DNA of 45,126 nucleotides from Bacteroidia bacterium (GCA_035496135.1 DATJEX010000155.1:1-45126); one strand, 5' to 3'. Shown: positions 17,928 to 27,711, numbered from the stretch's first letter. Program-made: numbers and translations. The notes: generated from the letters alone by a model not told the origin.

Positions 17928-18030
17928 GTAGAGCAACAAAGTTCCGAATTCTCAGTAATTCGCATATCCGTATCATTCGTAATTCGCTCCCATTTCCTAC
18001 CTTTCTCCTCCTAATAAAAACCAACAAACC

Positions 18031-18966
18031 ATGCCAGAAGCCGTACCATACATTATGATCGGGGTGTTCCTGTTCCTCGTGATCATTCTCTCTTTTGTTT
18101 CCATCAACCAGGGAACAGTTGGAGTAACAACAGTATTCGGAAAATACAATCGTGTTCTCCGTCCGGGATTGAATATGAAAATTCCGTTCATTGAGCGGAT
18201 CTATAAACGCATTTCCATCCAGAACCGTTCCGCTGAATTAGGATTCCAGGCGGTGACGATCGACCAGGCGAATGTGAATTTCACCGCCATGTTGCTTTAC
18301 GCGGTGGTGAACCAGGAAGACAAGACGATCCAGAACGTTGCGTTCAAATTCGTGAACGATACCAACCTCATGCAGGCGCTCGTGCGTTCGATCGAAGGAT
18401 CGGTCCGTGCGTTCGTCGCGACAAAAAAACAATCGGAAGTTCTTTCACTCCGCCGCGATATCGTGGAAGCGGTAAAAGAACAACTTGACAACACGCTCGA
18501 AGGATGGGGCTATCACCTCATCGATCTCCAGTTGAATGACATTACGTTCGATGAAGAAGTAATGCGTTCGATGGCGAAAGTAGTTGCAGCCAACAACTCG
18601 AAAGCTGCTGCGGAGAACGAAGGACAGGCGTTGCTGATCACCAAAACAAAAGCTGCGGAAGCGGAAGGAAATTCCATCAAGATCCAGGCGCAGGCGGAAA
18701 AAGACGCGGCGCAGTTGCGTGGACAAGGTGTGGCGTTATTCCGTGAAGAGGTTGCAAAGGGAATGTCGCAGGCCGCGAAGATGATGACCGACGCTAATCT
18801 TGATGCTTCACTCATTCTTTTCTCGATGTGGACAGAAGCCGTAAAGAATTTCGCGGAACACGGAAAAGGAAATGTCATTTTCCTCGACGGATCTACAGAA
18901 GGAATGGAGCGTACGATGAAACAGATGATGGCGATCGGGCAGATGGATCTGAAGCCGGTAAAATAG
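18031..18966 (+). CDS. SPFH/band 7 (prohibitin/stomatin-like) domain protein
   Basis: N-terminal TM segment, a band-7-like core, and an alanine/glutamate-rich coiled-coil tail (AAENEGQALLITKTKAAEAEG). Confidence 0.8.
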   Translation: MPEAVPYIMIGVFLFLVIILSFVSINQGTVGVTTVFGKYNRVLRPGLNMKIPFIERIYKRISIQNRSAELGFQAVTIDQANVNFTAMLLYAVVNQEDKTIQNVAFKFVNDTNLMQALVRSIEGSVRAFVATKKQSEVLSLRRDIVEAVKEQLDNTLEGWGYHLIDLQLNDITFDEEVMRSMAKVVAANNSKAAAENEGQALLITKTKAAEAEGNSIKIQAQAEKDAAQLRGQGVALFREEVAKGMSQAAKMMTDANLDASLILFSMWTEAVKNFAEHGKGNVIFLDGSTEGMERTMKQMMAIGQMDLKPVK

Positions 18967-18982
18967 CGTACAGAATACGAAG

Positions 18983-19047
18983 AAGAACTAAAAGTTACGA
19001 AGCAGGACCAGTCTCCATACAACGTAATTTTTAGTTCTTTTCGTTTT
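18983..19047 (+). terminator. 17-bp inverted repeat (AAGAACTAAAAGTTACG / CGTAATTTTTAGTTCTT) followed by a T-rich tract
   Basis: One mismatch, a 23-nt loop, then TTCGTTTTG. Lies 17 nt after the SPFH stop. Confidence 0.5.
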
Positions 19048-19058
19048 GAAAAATTGCA

Positions 19059-19508
19059 ATGGCAATATTATTAAAACAAAAAAGGATCATCGGTCGCCGG
19101 GAATTCATCGACTTCCCTGATCTCGGATTATTCCGGCTCGAAGCGAAGATCGACACGGGTGCGAATACGACCGCGCTGCACTGCAGCCACGTGCGTGTGG
19201 AGAATGGCATTCTGCTTTTCCGTTTGCTCGATGAGAATCATCCTGAATACCGGCACGAACACCGTTTTGAAAAATTCGAGCAGAAGATCATCCGCAGTTC
19301 ATTCGGCGAAGAAGAGATGCGCTACATCATCCGCACGCGTATCCGCATCGGAAAAAAAACGATCCTGAGTATTGTTTCACTCTCCGACCGCAAAGACATG
19401 AAATACCCGGTGCTCATCGGAAGAAGACTGTTGAAGGGAAGATTTCTCGTGGATGTTTCGCTGCTGCACATTACGAATGGGACATGGGACGTGAGACGTG
19501 AGACGTGA
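19059..19508 (+). CDS. RimK-associated retropepsin-like protease (annotated in databases as 'ATP-dependent zinc protease', DUF785; RimB-like)
   Basis: GRREFIDFPDLGL..LEAKIDTGANTTALH motif, about 150 aa, directly upstream of rimK. Confidence 0.8.
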   Translation: MAILLKQKRIIGRREFIDFPDLGLFRLEAKIDTGANTTALHCSHVRVENGILLFRLLDENHPEYRHEHRFEKFEQKIIRSSFGEEEMRYIIRTRIRIGKKTILSIVSLSDRKDMKYPVLIGRRLLKGRFLVDVSLLHITNGTWDVRRET

Positions 19509-19586
19509 GAACATAGTGCTCTTCTTTGTAAATTCGTTTAAATCTGTAATCTGTAGTTTCCGTAGAAAATCTGTAATCCCCCTCCA

Positions 19587-20477
19587 ATGAAAATTGCCAT
19601 ATTATCGAGAAGCGGCAGCCTTTATTCCACGGCGCGACTTGTGGAAGCCGGAAAAAAACGCGGGCATGAAATGATGGTGATCGATCACCAGAAATGTGTG
19701 CTCGTCATCGAATCGAATCGCCCGCATGTGTATTACCAGGGAAAAGAACTCTCGGGGATCGACGCGATCATTCCGCGCATCGGCGCAAGCGTTACTTTTT
19801 ACGGAGCGGCTGTTGTGCGCCAGTTCGAACAGATGCACGTTTTCTCCACGGTGGAATCGCAGGCGCTCGTTCGTTCGCGCGACAAACTCCGTTCACTGCA
19901 GCTGCTCGCGAAAGCCGGGGTGGGAATGCCTAAAACAGCGTTCGCTTCTTCACCGAAAGATATTGACAGCGTCATCAAACTTGTTGGAGGTGCACCGGTC
20001 GTGATCAAATTGCTCGAAGGAACGCAGGGCATCGGGGTCATTCTTGCAGAGACACACAATTCAGCAAAATCCGTGATCGAAGCTTTTCTCGATGTGGAAG
20101 TGAACATTCTCGTGCAGGAATTCATCAAAGAAGCCAAAGGCGCCGACATCCGTGCATTCGTGGTCGATGGACAAATTGTTGGTGCGATGCGAAGACAGGG
20201 AGCCGAAGGAGATTTCCGTTCCAATCTTCACCGCGGGGGAACAGCGCAACTCATCGATCTTTCTGCCGAAGAAAAAGCAACGGCCATCAAGTCAGTAAAA
20301 AAATTAGGATTGGCGATCGCCGGTGTCGATATGCTGCAGGGTTCGCGCGGCCCGCTTGTGATGGAGGTGAATTCTTCACCCGGCCTCGAAGGAATTGAAG
20401 GCGCGACAGGAGTGGACATCGCCGGAAAGATCATTGAGTATATCGAACGGAATGAATTCCACGCCCACGTTGGATAA
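19587..20477 (+). CDS. rimK: Ribosomal protein S6 L-glutamate ligase RimK (ATP-grasp)
   Basis: ATP-grasp layout with [15 protein letters not shown] and the RimK-typical [10 protein letters not shown]. Confidence 0.9.
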   Translation: MKIAILSRSGSLYSTARLVEAGKKRGHEMMVIDHQKCVLVIESNRPHVYYQGKELSGIDAIIPRIGASVTFYGAAVVRQFEQMHVFSTVESQALVRSRDKLRSLQLLAKAGVGMPKTAFASSPKDIDSVIKLVGGAPVVIKLLEGTQGIGVILAETHNSAKSVIEAFLDVEVNILVQEFIKEAKGADIRAFVVDGQIVGAMRRQGAEGDFRSNLHRGGTAQLIDLSAEEKATAIKSVKKLGLAIAGVDMLQGSRGPLVMEVNSSPGLEGIEGATGVDIAGKIIEYIERNEFHAHVG

Positions 20478-20618
20478 GTGAATTTTTCATTCCGGTGTAA
20501 ATTCGGGTTGTACCAAATACGAATGGATACGAAACTACGAACCACTGACAACACGAATACTTAACGTGACAAGATTCGCATATTCGCGCACATTAGCAAT
20601 TCGTTCCCTTTTCCTAAC

Positions 20619-22226
20619 TTGTGTCTCTTGAAAAAAAGCCTCTGCATATTATTCTTCTCGGTCATTTGCCTGACAGGAATGTTCGCGCAAACTTATCCGG
20701 CTTACAACATCAATTTCTGTACGAGCGGATCGAAAGGATATTATTTCCTTGATCCGTTCACGATCTCCCAGTTCACGACGGGGAATCCGACACAAATGAT
20801 CATTGACAGTACGGGTCAGACCATTTATTACCGACCACTCTCAAACGGTGGAGGCGATTTCAAAATTCAACCGAATGGCGGATTGATGTCCTATCTCTAC
20901 AACAACAAATTTTTTCTGATGGATAGCACGTTCACTGTTGTTGATTCTGTTGCCTGCATTGGACATACGACAGACGGGCACGATCTGCAGGTTTTACCCA
21001 ATGGAGATTTTCTCCTGCTCGGACTGGAGAACATCAACATGAATCTCTCTTCTTATAATTTCTTCGGTCCTTCTCATACTTCTCCCGGAAACGCAAATGC
21101 AACGGTGAAATGCGGAATTATCCAGGAACAGAATGCCGCTCACCAGGTGGTGTTTGAATGGCATACCAAAGATCATTTCGCTTTTGCCGATGTGGACTCC
21201 AGCTGGCTTTATGCACCGAACATTGTCGACTGGACGCATTGCAACGCAGTAGAACTGGATGATGACGGAAACATTCTGTTATCGATGCGGCATTTCGATG
21301 AGATCACGAAGATCAATCGCAGCGACAGTTCTGTGATCTGGAGAATGGGAGGAAATGCGAACCAGTTTACATTCACGAATGATCCGCAGATGTTCAAAGG
21401 CCAACACGACATCCGCAGGATCGACAATGGACACCTGACACTTTGGGATAATGGACAGTCAAGCCCGCTGCATATGGGGACTGCGAAAGAATATGAACTG
21501 GATGAAACGAATCATATCGCGACACTCGACTGGAGTTATGTTGAATCCCCGAATTCATACAGCATTGCGGTCGGAGATGTACAGCGTTTGCCGAATGGAA
21601 ATACGCTGATCGATTATGGTGTTACCAGTCACGAACCGCGGCTTTTTGATGTGGTGGATCCGTCCGGAAATATTGTTTTCGAAATTCAGTTCGCGGATAC
21701 ACTTCGTTCCTATCGTGCTTTCAACTATCAAACCATGCCGTGGCAATTACCGCGGCCGGAGATCACCTGTGTGAGAATAGGCAATCAGAATTTTCTGGAT
21801 GCAGGTCCCGGTTACTCGAGTTATCAATGGTCGACCGGTGCGACTACAGAAATGATCCCTGTTACGACCACTGATACCTTCACCGTTTTTGTTCCGATCG
21901 GACAAGGCGGATTTATCCGTTCGCTTGATTTTATTGTGGTTGATACTGCTGCTCCATGCGGGCCGCTCGCTGTTCAACCGGAAACACAGGAAAATGAATT
22001 CACTTTTCATATGTTTCCGAATCCGGTGAATGATGAATTGCATATTCAATTCGATAAAAATCCGGCCGAAGGATCGGTGCTCGAAATATTCGACGCCATC
22101 GGGGAACTCGTTTATTCGGAGAAAATGAATTCTTCTTCCGCTGATGTGATTATTCCCACAACGGATTTCGCTTCGGGGATCTATCTCGTGCGTGTGAATG
22201 GCGCATCCGGAAAATTTGTGAAGTGA
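20619..22226 (+). CDS. Arylsulfotransferase (ASST)-like beta-propeller protein with a T9SS C-terminal sorting domain
   Basis: HDLQVLPNGDFLLL, DWTHCNAVELDDDGNILLSMRH and QHDIRRIDNGHLTLWDNG motifs. C-terminal FPNPVNDELHIQF...GIYLVRVNG. TTG start (20619 or 20628). Confidence 0.7.
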   Translation: MCLLKKSLCILFFSVICLTGMFAQTYPAYNINFCTSGSKGYYFLDPFTISQFTTGNPTQMIIDSTGQTIYYRPLSNGGGDFKIQPNGGLMSYLYNNKFFLMDSTFTVVDSVACIGHTTDGHDLQVLPNGDFLLLGLENINMNLSSYNFFGPSHTSPGNANATVKCGIIQEQNAAHQVVFEWHTKDHFAFADVDSSWLYAPNIVDWTHCNAVELDDDGNILLSMRHFDEITKINRSDSSVIWRMGGNANQFTFTNDPQMFKGQHDIRRIDNGHLTLWDNGQSSPLHMGTAKEYELDETNHIATLDWSYVESPNSYSIAVGDVQRLPNGNTLIDYGVTSHEPRLFDVVDPSGNIVFEIQFADTLRSYRAFNYQTMPWQLPRPEITCVRIGNQNFLDAGPGYSSYQWSTGATTEMIPVTTTDTFTVFVPIGQGGFIRSLDFIVVDTAAPCGPLAVQPETQENEFTFHMFPNPVNDELHIQFDKNPAEGSVLEIFDAIGELVYSEKMNSSSADVIIPTTDFASGIYLVRVNGASGKFVK

Positions 22227-22285
22227 AAGATTCCCTGTATCCATCCGTAGTTCGTAGATTCGTGCTTATCCGCATTTAGTACAAC

Positions 22286-23233
22286 ATGGGAAAACCATTC
22301 AGTATACAGGGTCAGACGATCCGCGCAGGGGAACACGCACAGGTCGTGTTGAATATTTACAAATTACCAACGCACACACTCATTGAAATTCCTGTTTTCA
22401 TTTTCAATGGAAAAGATCCCGGACCGACCGTTCTGTTTCTTGCCGGCATGCACGGCGATGAAATAAACGGAATTGAAGTTGTCCGTCAGTTGATCAAGAA
22501 TAAAGAAGTGCAGCAACCGAAGTGCGGATGTATCGTCGCCATTCCTGTCATCAATATCATTTCCTTCATTGCCGGAACGCGCGATCTTCCGGATGGCCGC
22601 GATCTGAACCGCTGTTTTCCCGGGACAAGGAACGGTTCGCTCGGTTCGCGCATCGCGCACGACCTGATGGAAACGATCATTCCGCAGATCGATTTCGGAA
22701 TTGACTTTCATACCGGCGGATCGAAAATTTCCAACTACCCGCAGATCCGCTGCGTGTTCGATGACAGGAAAAATCTTGACCTCGGAAAAATTTTCGCGCC
22801 GCGCATGGTTTTGAATTCTCCGTTCAGGGAAAACACATTGCGTCTTGCCGCATCCAAACTCGGGAAACAGATCCTTGTTTTTGAAGGCGGTGAATCAAAA
22901 CGATTCGACTACGATAGTGTAACGGAAGGGATCGATGGCTGCCTGCGTATCCTGCATCATTACAAAATGATCAAGACGAGTACGAAGCAGAAAAAAACAG
23001 TGTTTCTCAAAAAAACTTCCTGGCTGCGCGCGAAGAGTTCCGGATTATTCCACACCACCTTCAAATCGGGATTGAAAGTGAAGAAAGGAGAAATGCTCGG
23101 GATGATCTGTGATCCGTACGGCGAAGTGGAACATGAATTATTCTCTCCGCATGACGGATACATCGTTGGTGTGAACAATCAGCCCGTGGTGAATGCCGGT
23201 GATGCGCTGATACATGTAGGCATAGCCGGCTAA
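22286..23233 (+). CDS. Succinylglutamate desuccinylase/aspartoacylase (AstE/AspA, M14-like) family protein
   Basis: Zinc-site motif GMHGDEINGIE, plus DLNRCFPG and DFHTGG. Confidence 0.8.
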   Translation: MGKPFSIQGQTIRAGEHAQVVLNIYKLPTHTLIEIPVFIFNGKDPGPTVLFLAGMHGDEINGIEVVRQLIKNKEVQQPKCGCIVAIPVINIISFIAGTRDLPDGRDLNRCFPGTRNGSLGSRIAHDLMETIIPQIDFGIDFHTGGSKISNYPQIRCVFDDRKNLDLGKIFAPRMVLNSPFRENTLRLAASKLGKQILVFEGGESKRFDYDSVTEGIDGCLRILHHYKMIKTSTKQKKTVFLKKTSWLRAKSSGLFHTTFKSGLKVKKGEMLGMICDPYGEVEHELFSPHDGYIVGVNNQPVVNAGDALIHVGIAG

Positions 23234-23236
23234 TTT

Positions 23237-23300
23237 CCAATTGGTCGATGACCAATGGCCAATTATTTTGCGGATAAAGAATACTGAATTGTAATTTTCA
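23237..23300 (+). repeat. CCAATTGG/TGACCAA palindrome-rich repeat, copy 1
   Basis: Shares GACCAATTATT.T.CGG.TAAAGAATA.TGAATTGTA.TTTTCA with 23835..23898. Confidence 0.75.
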
Positions 23301-23345
23301 TTTACGCTCTGAAATTTCCAGGGCTTATTCAACATTATTAACGAA

Positions 23346-23813
23346 ATGGATACAACGCTTCCATCCTTCCTTGAAAAGCAATTTCACGCCACGTATGATC
23401 ACACCGAATGGTTTGTGTCCTTCCAGCAGGCGGTGAAAGGCCTTACGCATGACCAGGCTATTGATAAGATCAATGACGAAACACCGAGCATCTTTGCGAT
23501 CGTAGCGCATCTTACGTATTGGAATGATCGCTACCTGAAAAAAATGAAAGGAGAAGCGCAGGATGCGCCGATGATCTCCGATAATGACCTCACTTTTTCA
23601 ACCAGCGGTTATAAAAACTGGGAAGAGCTGCTCGCAAAAGCTGAAACTGTATTTCCCGGCTGGTGTGAACATCTCGCAAAACTTTCGGAAAATGATGCGG
23701 AACATTTTTCAGCGATCGCCAATACAACAGCGCACAACGCTTATCATATCGGCCAGATCGTCATGATCAGGAAGATCAGTGGAAACTGGAATAGTGCTGA
23801 TGGTGTGAAATGA
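23346..23813 (+). CDS. DinB-family (DinB_2-like) four-helix metalloprotein
   Basis: HLTYWNDRYL and HNAYHIGQIVMIRK histidine motifs. 155 aa. Confidence 0.7.
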   Translation: MDTTLPSFLEKQFHATYDHTEWFVSFQQAVKGLTHDQAIDKINDETPSIFAIVAHLTYWNDRYLKKMKGEAQDAPMISDNDLTFSTSGYKNWEELLAKAETVFPGWCEHLAKLSENDAEHFSAIANTTAHNAYHIGQIVMIRKISGNWNSADGVK

Positions 23814-23834
23814 TTTCGTCGTTTCCAAATCGGG

Positions 23835-23898
23835 CAATGACCAATTGGTCAATGACCAATTATTGTCCGGGTAAAGAATAATGAATTGTACTTTTTCA
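23835..23898 (+). repeat. CCAATTGG/TGACCAA palindrome-rich repeat, copy 2
   Basis: Contains the perfect 14-bp palindrome TGACCAATTGGTCA (23838..23851), overlapping TTGGTCAATGACCAA. Confidence 0.75.
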
Positions 23899-23908
23899 GA
23901 ATAATTAT

Positions 23909-23916
23909 TACGTTTG
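23909..23916 (+). promoter_or_regulatory. -7 box TACGTTTG (TAnnTTTG) upstream of the four-helix-bundle gene
   Basis: Exact consensus match 40 nt upstream of the ATG at 23956. Confidence 0.45.
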
Positions 23917-23955
23917 CAGCCCTATTTTTTTTCCAGATACGTTCAATATTATTTT

Positions 23956-24306
23956 ATGAAACAAAACAACATTATTCTTGACCTTACATTCGACTTTTCC
24001 CTGCAAATTATCAAGTACACTAAGATTCTCAAGGAAAACAGGGAATACGAATTGTCTAAACAATTGTTCCGTTCAGGAACATCAATCGGCGCCAATGTGC
24101 GTGAAGCGCAATCTGCGGAAAGCAGAAATGACTTTATTCATAAACTCCGGATTTCAGATAAGGAGGCGCAGGAAACCGAGTATTGGCTCTTGCTTTGTAA
24201 ACGCTCCGAAGGCTATCCGGATGCAGATGAACTTCTCAAAACGATTGGAAATATCAAACGAATTCTCGGAAAAATCATCTCTACTTCAAAATTGAACAAC
24301 AATTAA
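23956..24306 (+). CDS. Four-helix-bundle protein (23S rRNA intervening-sequence protein family)
   Basis: GANVREAQSAESRNDFIHKLRISDKEAQETEYWLLL is the typical motif of this family. Start set to the ATG at 23956. Confidence 0.8.
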   Translation: MKQNNIILDLTFDFSLQIIKYTKILKENREYELSKQLFRSGTSIGANVREAQSAESRNDFIHKLRISDKEAQETEYWLLLCKRSEGYPDADELLKTIGNIKRILGKIISTSKLNNN

Positions 24307-24346
24307 TATCCTTTCAATTGGCAATTGGCCATTGACCAATTGGTAA

Positions 24347-24961
24347 TTATTTTTTCCTCCAGCGATCCAGATCGTTTTCCTCATTCTTATCCATCGTGTC
24401 CTTCGGTTTGAAACGATCCGGATCTATATTCTGAATTTGTCTTGTCGCTTCTTCCGCGCTTTGTCGGTATTGTTCCCAGTCGAATACTTCCACCGGTTGT
24501 GTCATTTGACTGGCCTGCGATTCGGACAGGTGCTGCAGGTGATCGGTATAGGATTTGATCCGGAACAAATGCATCAGGCGCGGAATGTAACTGATGAGCC
24601 CGAAAAGAATTCCGTATACAGGAATGATGAACGTGCAGAAAAAAATATTCGCCGTCATGCCCAGAGAAGAACCGGGCCTCGATTCACGAATGATAATTCC
24701 TCTCGCCGTGAATTCATTATTGAAACTATTCGCCACCGCAGTGCTCACCATGAATTGCCAGAACATTCCGAAGAGCGGGATCATGGCGAGCCACGTCATC
24801 CCGGATTCCATTGTGCGGAATGGCGGAGCGATCGTCTCGAGCGCTTTCTGCATCTGCAGTATCCAGAGCGGCGTGATGACCACCCAAAGCACGACTGATG
24901 TCCACAATAAAATGTAGATGATGTGAATGCCTAATTCGTCGGGTGTAAACATAGGGATCAA
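24347..24961 (-). CDS. DUF4328-like membrane protein, paralog of 38109..38591
   Basis: The core LQMQKALETIAPPFRTMESGMTWLAMIPLFGMFWQFMV aligns with LQRTMELVHPQLRKMSPGQVWMVFIPIFGLIWNFMM in the other copy. Confidence 0.55.
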   Translation of the reverse strand: MIPMFTPDELGIHIIYILLWTSVVLWVVITPLWILQMQKALETIAPPFRTMESGMTWLAMIPLFGMFWQFMVSTAVANSFNNEFTARGIIIRESRPGSSLGMTANIFFCTFIIPVYGILFGLISYIPRLMHLFRIKSYTDHLQHLSESQASQMTQPVEVFDWEQYRQSAEEATRQIQNIDPDRFKPKDTMDKNEENDLDRWRKK

Positions 24962-25017
24962 TTACTGATCATACGAATATACCGATTACAGATGTTTACG
25001 AATTGCCATAGGTGAAG

Positions 25018-27711
25018 CTACTCCTTGATCAGTTTCTGCACCCCGGCAATTTTACCGTCTGATCTGATCGCGCAGAAATAAATTCCGTTGTCGACCGATG
25101 TGAGATCGAGATTCAAAGCCTGTTCAGTGAAATGCTCTTGCAGAATAATTCTTCCGGTTGCGTCGGTGAGAATGGCTTCGTAACTCTTGCCGGAAAAGTT
25201 AACAGGGAGAACGATCGTCACATTTTCGTTCGCCGGATTCGGGAAGATCGGGAATTGATCTGCGAATTCATTTGAAATGCCAAGCATCACCGAAGAATCC
25301 GCGACGGTCACACTGTCGTTCACAAGATTCGCCGTTTGCGGAGTTTCATTGGCAGAGATGATCGTGACATTGCTCAAAGTGAAATTCACATTCTGCATAT
25401 TTCCCGTATTGTCGAGCAGGCTCGAAGTGGTGAATCCGAGATCGGCTATGTTCCCGAAACCGTTTGCGTTGGTGTGATCGAATTTCGTGATCGCAACCTG
25501 CACCGACGAAGTGTTCGGTTGTTTCAGTACAACACCCATTAAATTATTTCCTGCTGTTCCCATCCAGCAATTTGAATTGCTCATGCCGAAGGAATTGGAG
25601 AGAATTTGCGCCTGATCGAAATTCAGCGTGAAGGCAACACCGTAAACATTCGATGCGGGAACGGAAGAATTTCCCAATGAAACAGAAAGTGTTCCGGAAG
25701 AACCCGCAGCGACCATCGGTTGATTCATCGTGATGGTGAGATCCGGAAGTGTCGCATCATACACGGGCGCATTGCCCACACGCATGTTGTGCGTGAATCC
25801 GAAATTCTGAATGACCGCATTCGTATCCGCATTCGCGATCGTTCCGTCTCCATCACAATCCGCGAATTTGTAATCCGTTCCGCTCACGAAAGTCTGTCCC
25901 CAATCGGCAGAAGGCTGACCGATCCAGTTTGTTGTTGCATTCGCACGCGTTGTTCCCGTCGCGCCGTTTGCAATTCCTATTGCGAGAATATCGTTGTTGT
26001 CAGCGACAGCATCTTCATTCGCATCGCCCGGCCAAACGTAATTGCAGGAATCTGTTTCTGTGAAAGCCGCAGAGTCCATGCAGCCATTCACATCAGTGAC
26101 ATATACAGTAAAAGTTGTCAATGATGGAATATTGTTGATCGTAGCCCCGCTGACACTTGAAGGAAGCCATGTGTACGTGTAAGCGGGAGTTCCTCCTGTG
26201 GCTGTGGCTGTCGCACTTCCATCTGAGTTGTTGCATCCGGCAGGAACGAAAGAAGAAATTGTTGCGACAAGTTGAGGCGGTGTGGTGATCGTCACACTCG
26301 CAGTAGCGGTACAACCATTCGCATCGGTCACCGTACAGGTATAATTTCCGGCAACGATGCCGGTCACTGTAGCTGTTGTTGCTCCGGAAGGCGACCATAA
26401 GTAGGTGTACGGAGTTGTTCCTCCGAATGCAGTTACTGTTGCGCTTCCGTCATTACCACCAAAACAGGAAACATTCGTGGAAGAAGTTATGCTTGCAGAT
26501 GGTCCGGGAACATTGGTAACATTTACGATTGCCGTAGACTGGCAATTATTCGCGTCGGTTACTGTTACAGTATACGCGCCTGCCATAAGTCCTGTAGCCG
26601 TTTGTGTTGTTTGAACTGGAGTAGAGTTCCAATTGTAAGTGTATGGTGGAGTTCCTCCGGATGGATTTGCAGTTGCAGTACCGAATGTGTTACACATTAA
26701 AGGTGTAGAGCTTGTAGCGATCGAGATCGCTGTTGGTTGCGTCACCGTAGCCGTTGCGGTTCCAACACATCCTAAATTATCAGTGACGGTTGCGGTATAA
26801 GTTCCCGGGCAAACATTGGTGAGACTCGGATTCGTCTGTGAAGTTGGGGACCAAAGACAAGTGTAAGGTCCATTACCACCGGTTGAATTGGCGATCATGG
26901 TTGCATCACATGAAGCGTTGCAGGTGCTGTTGGTAACACTGATCGTCACCGTTGGGTTTGATGTTGTCGGTACAAAAACATTATTGCTGTATGAACATCC
27001 GTTCGCATCCGTCACGGTACAAGTATAAGTAGCCGATGTCAGTCCTGTTGCTGTCTGCGTTGTCTGAACCGGATTGGTATTCCAGTAGTAAGCGTATGGA
27101 GCTGTTCCGCCGGAAGGATAACATGTTGCGGTTCCATTGGGGTTTCCGCAAGTAGCCGAGATAAAAGAGAGTGTTGAGGTAAGCGCAGTTGGTTGGGTGA
27201 GCACAAGCACATGCACCACACTGCAGCCATTCGCATCCACAACCGTGAGTGTATAAGACGCAGCAGGAGCGTTGGTGATGGACGGACCGAAAGCATAAGG
27301 CATCGCATTACCACTCCATGAATACGTATATGACGGAGTTCCGCCCGTCACAATTGCGGTTGCAGATCCGTAACCTCCATTACACTGGATCGATTGTGTT
27401 GTGCTGAATGTAAATGCGAGCACGGGCGGTTGAGTGATTGTACACGTCGCGGTAACCGTAGCGCTTGTCGCATCAGTGACCGTAACGGTATAATTTCCCG
27501 GACAAAGCCCGGTGATCCCCGTTGTTGTTTGTCCGCCCGGAGCCCAGACGTAGGTGTACGGTGAAGTACCGCCGGAAGGAACTGCAGTAGCTGCTCCATT
27601 GCACGCTGAATTACAGGTAACATCCGTGTGATTGACATTCGCGGCCAGTGCCTGCGCGTTCAGTTTCTGAATTCCACAGAGCAGAACGATGAGCGCAAAA
27701 ATTTTCTTCAT
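25018..27711 (-). CDS. Large secreted SprB-repeat protein with a dockerin-like segment and a T9SS C-terminal sorting domain
   Basis: About 7 repeats of the C-x-G-x(2)-(D/N)G-x-A ... GG(T/S)xPYTYxW type. GDANEDAVADNNDILAIG and DCDGDGTIANADTNAV Ca-binding-like loops. C-terminal FPNPANENVTIVLP...GIYFCAIRSDGKIAGVQKLIKE. Confidence 0.8.
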   Translation of the reverse strand: MKKIFALIVLLCGIQKLNAQALAANVNHTDVTCNSACNGAATAVPSGGTSPYTYVWAPGGQTTTGITGLCPGNYTVTVTDATSATVTATCTITQPPVLAFTFSTTQSIQCNGGYGSATAIVTGGTPSYTYSWSGNAMPYAFGPSITNAPAASYTLTVVDANGCSVVHVLVLTQPTALTSTLSFISATCGNPNGTATCYPSGGTAPYAYYWNTNPVQTTQTATGLTSATYTCTVTDANGCSYSNNVFVPTTSNPTVTISVTNSTCNASCDATMIANSTGGNGPYTCLWSPTSQTNPSLTNVCPGTYTATVTDNLGCVGTATATVTQPTAISIATSSTPLMCNTFGTATANPSGGTPPYTYNWNSTPVQTTQTATGLMAGAYTVTVTDANNCQSTAIVNVTNVPGPSASITSSTNVSCFGGNDGSATVTAFGGTTPYTYLWSPSGATTATVTGIVAGNYTCTVTDANGCTATASVTITTPPQLVATISSFVPAGCNNSDGSATATATGGTPAYTYTWLPSSVSGATINNIPSLTTFTVYVTDVNGCMDSAAFTETDSCNYVWPGDANEDAVADNNDILAIGIANGATGTTRANATTNWIGQPSADWGQTFVSGTDYKFADCDGDGTIANADTNAVIQNFGFTHNMRVGNAPVYDATLPDLTITMNQPMVAAGSSGTLSVSLGNSSVPASNVYGVAFTLNFDQAQILSNSFGMSNSNCWMGTAGNNLMGVVLKQPNTSSVQVAITKFDHTNANGFGNIADLGFTTSSLLDNTGNMQNVNFTLSNVTIISANETPQTANLVNDSVTVADSSVMLGISNEFADQFPIFPNPANENVTIVLPVNFSGKSYEAILTDATGRIILQEHFTEQALNLDLTSVDNGIYFCAIRSDGKIAGVQKLIKE

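Noticed and set aside
16813-18027. Full 404-aa version of the FAD oxidoreductase ORF
   Set aside because: The first 56 codons run through the tandem and palindromic repeat spacer. The Rossmann GxGxxG motif follows directly after the ATG at 17859.
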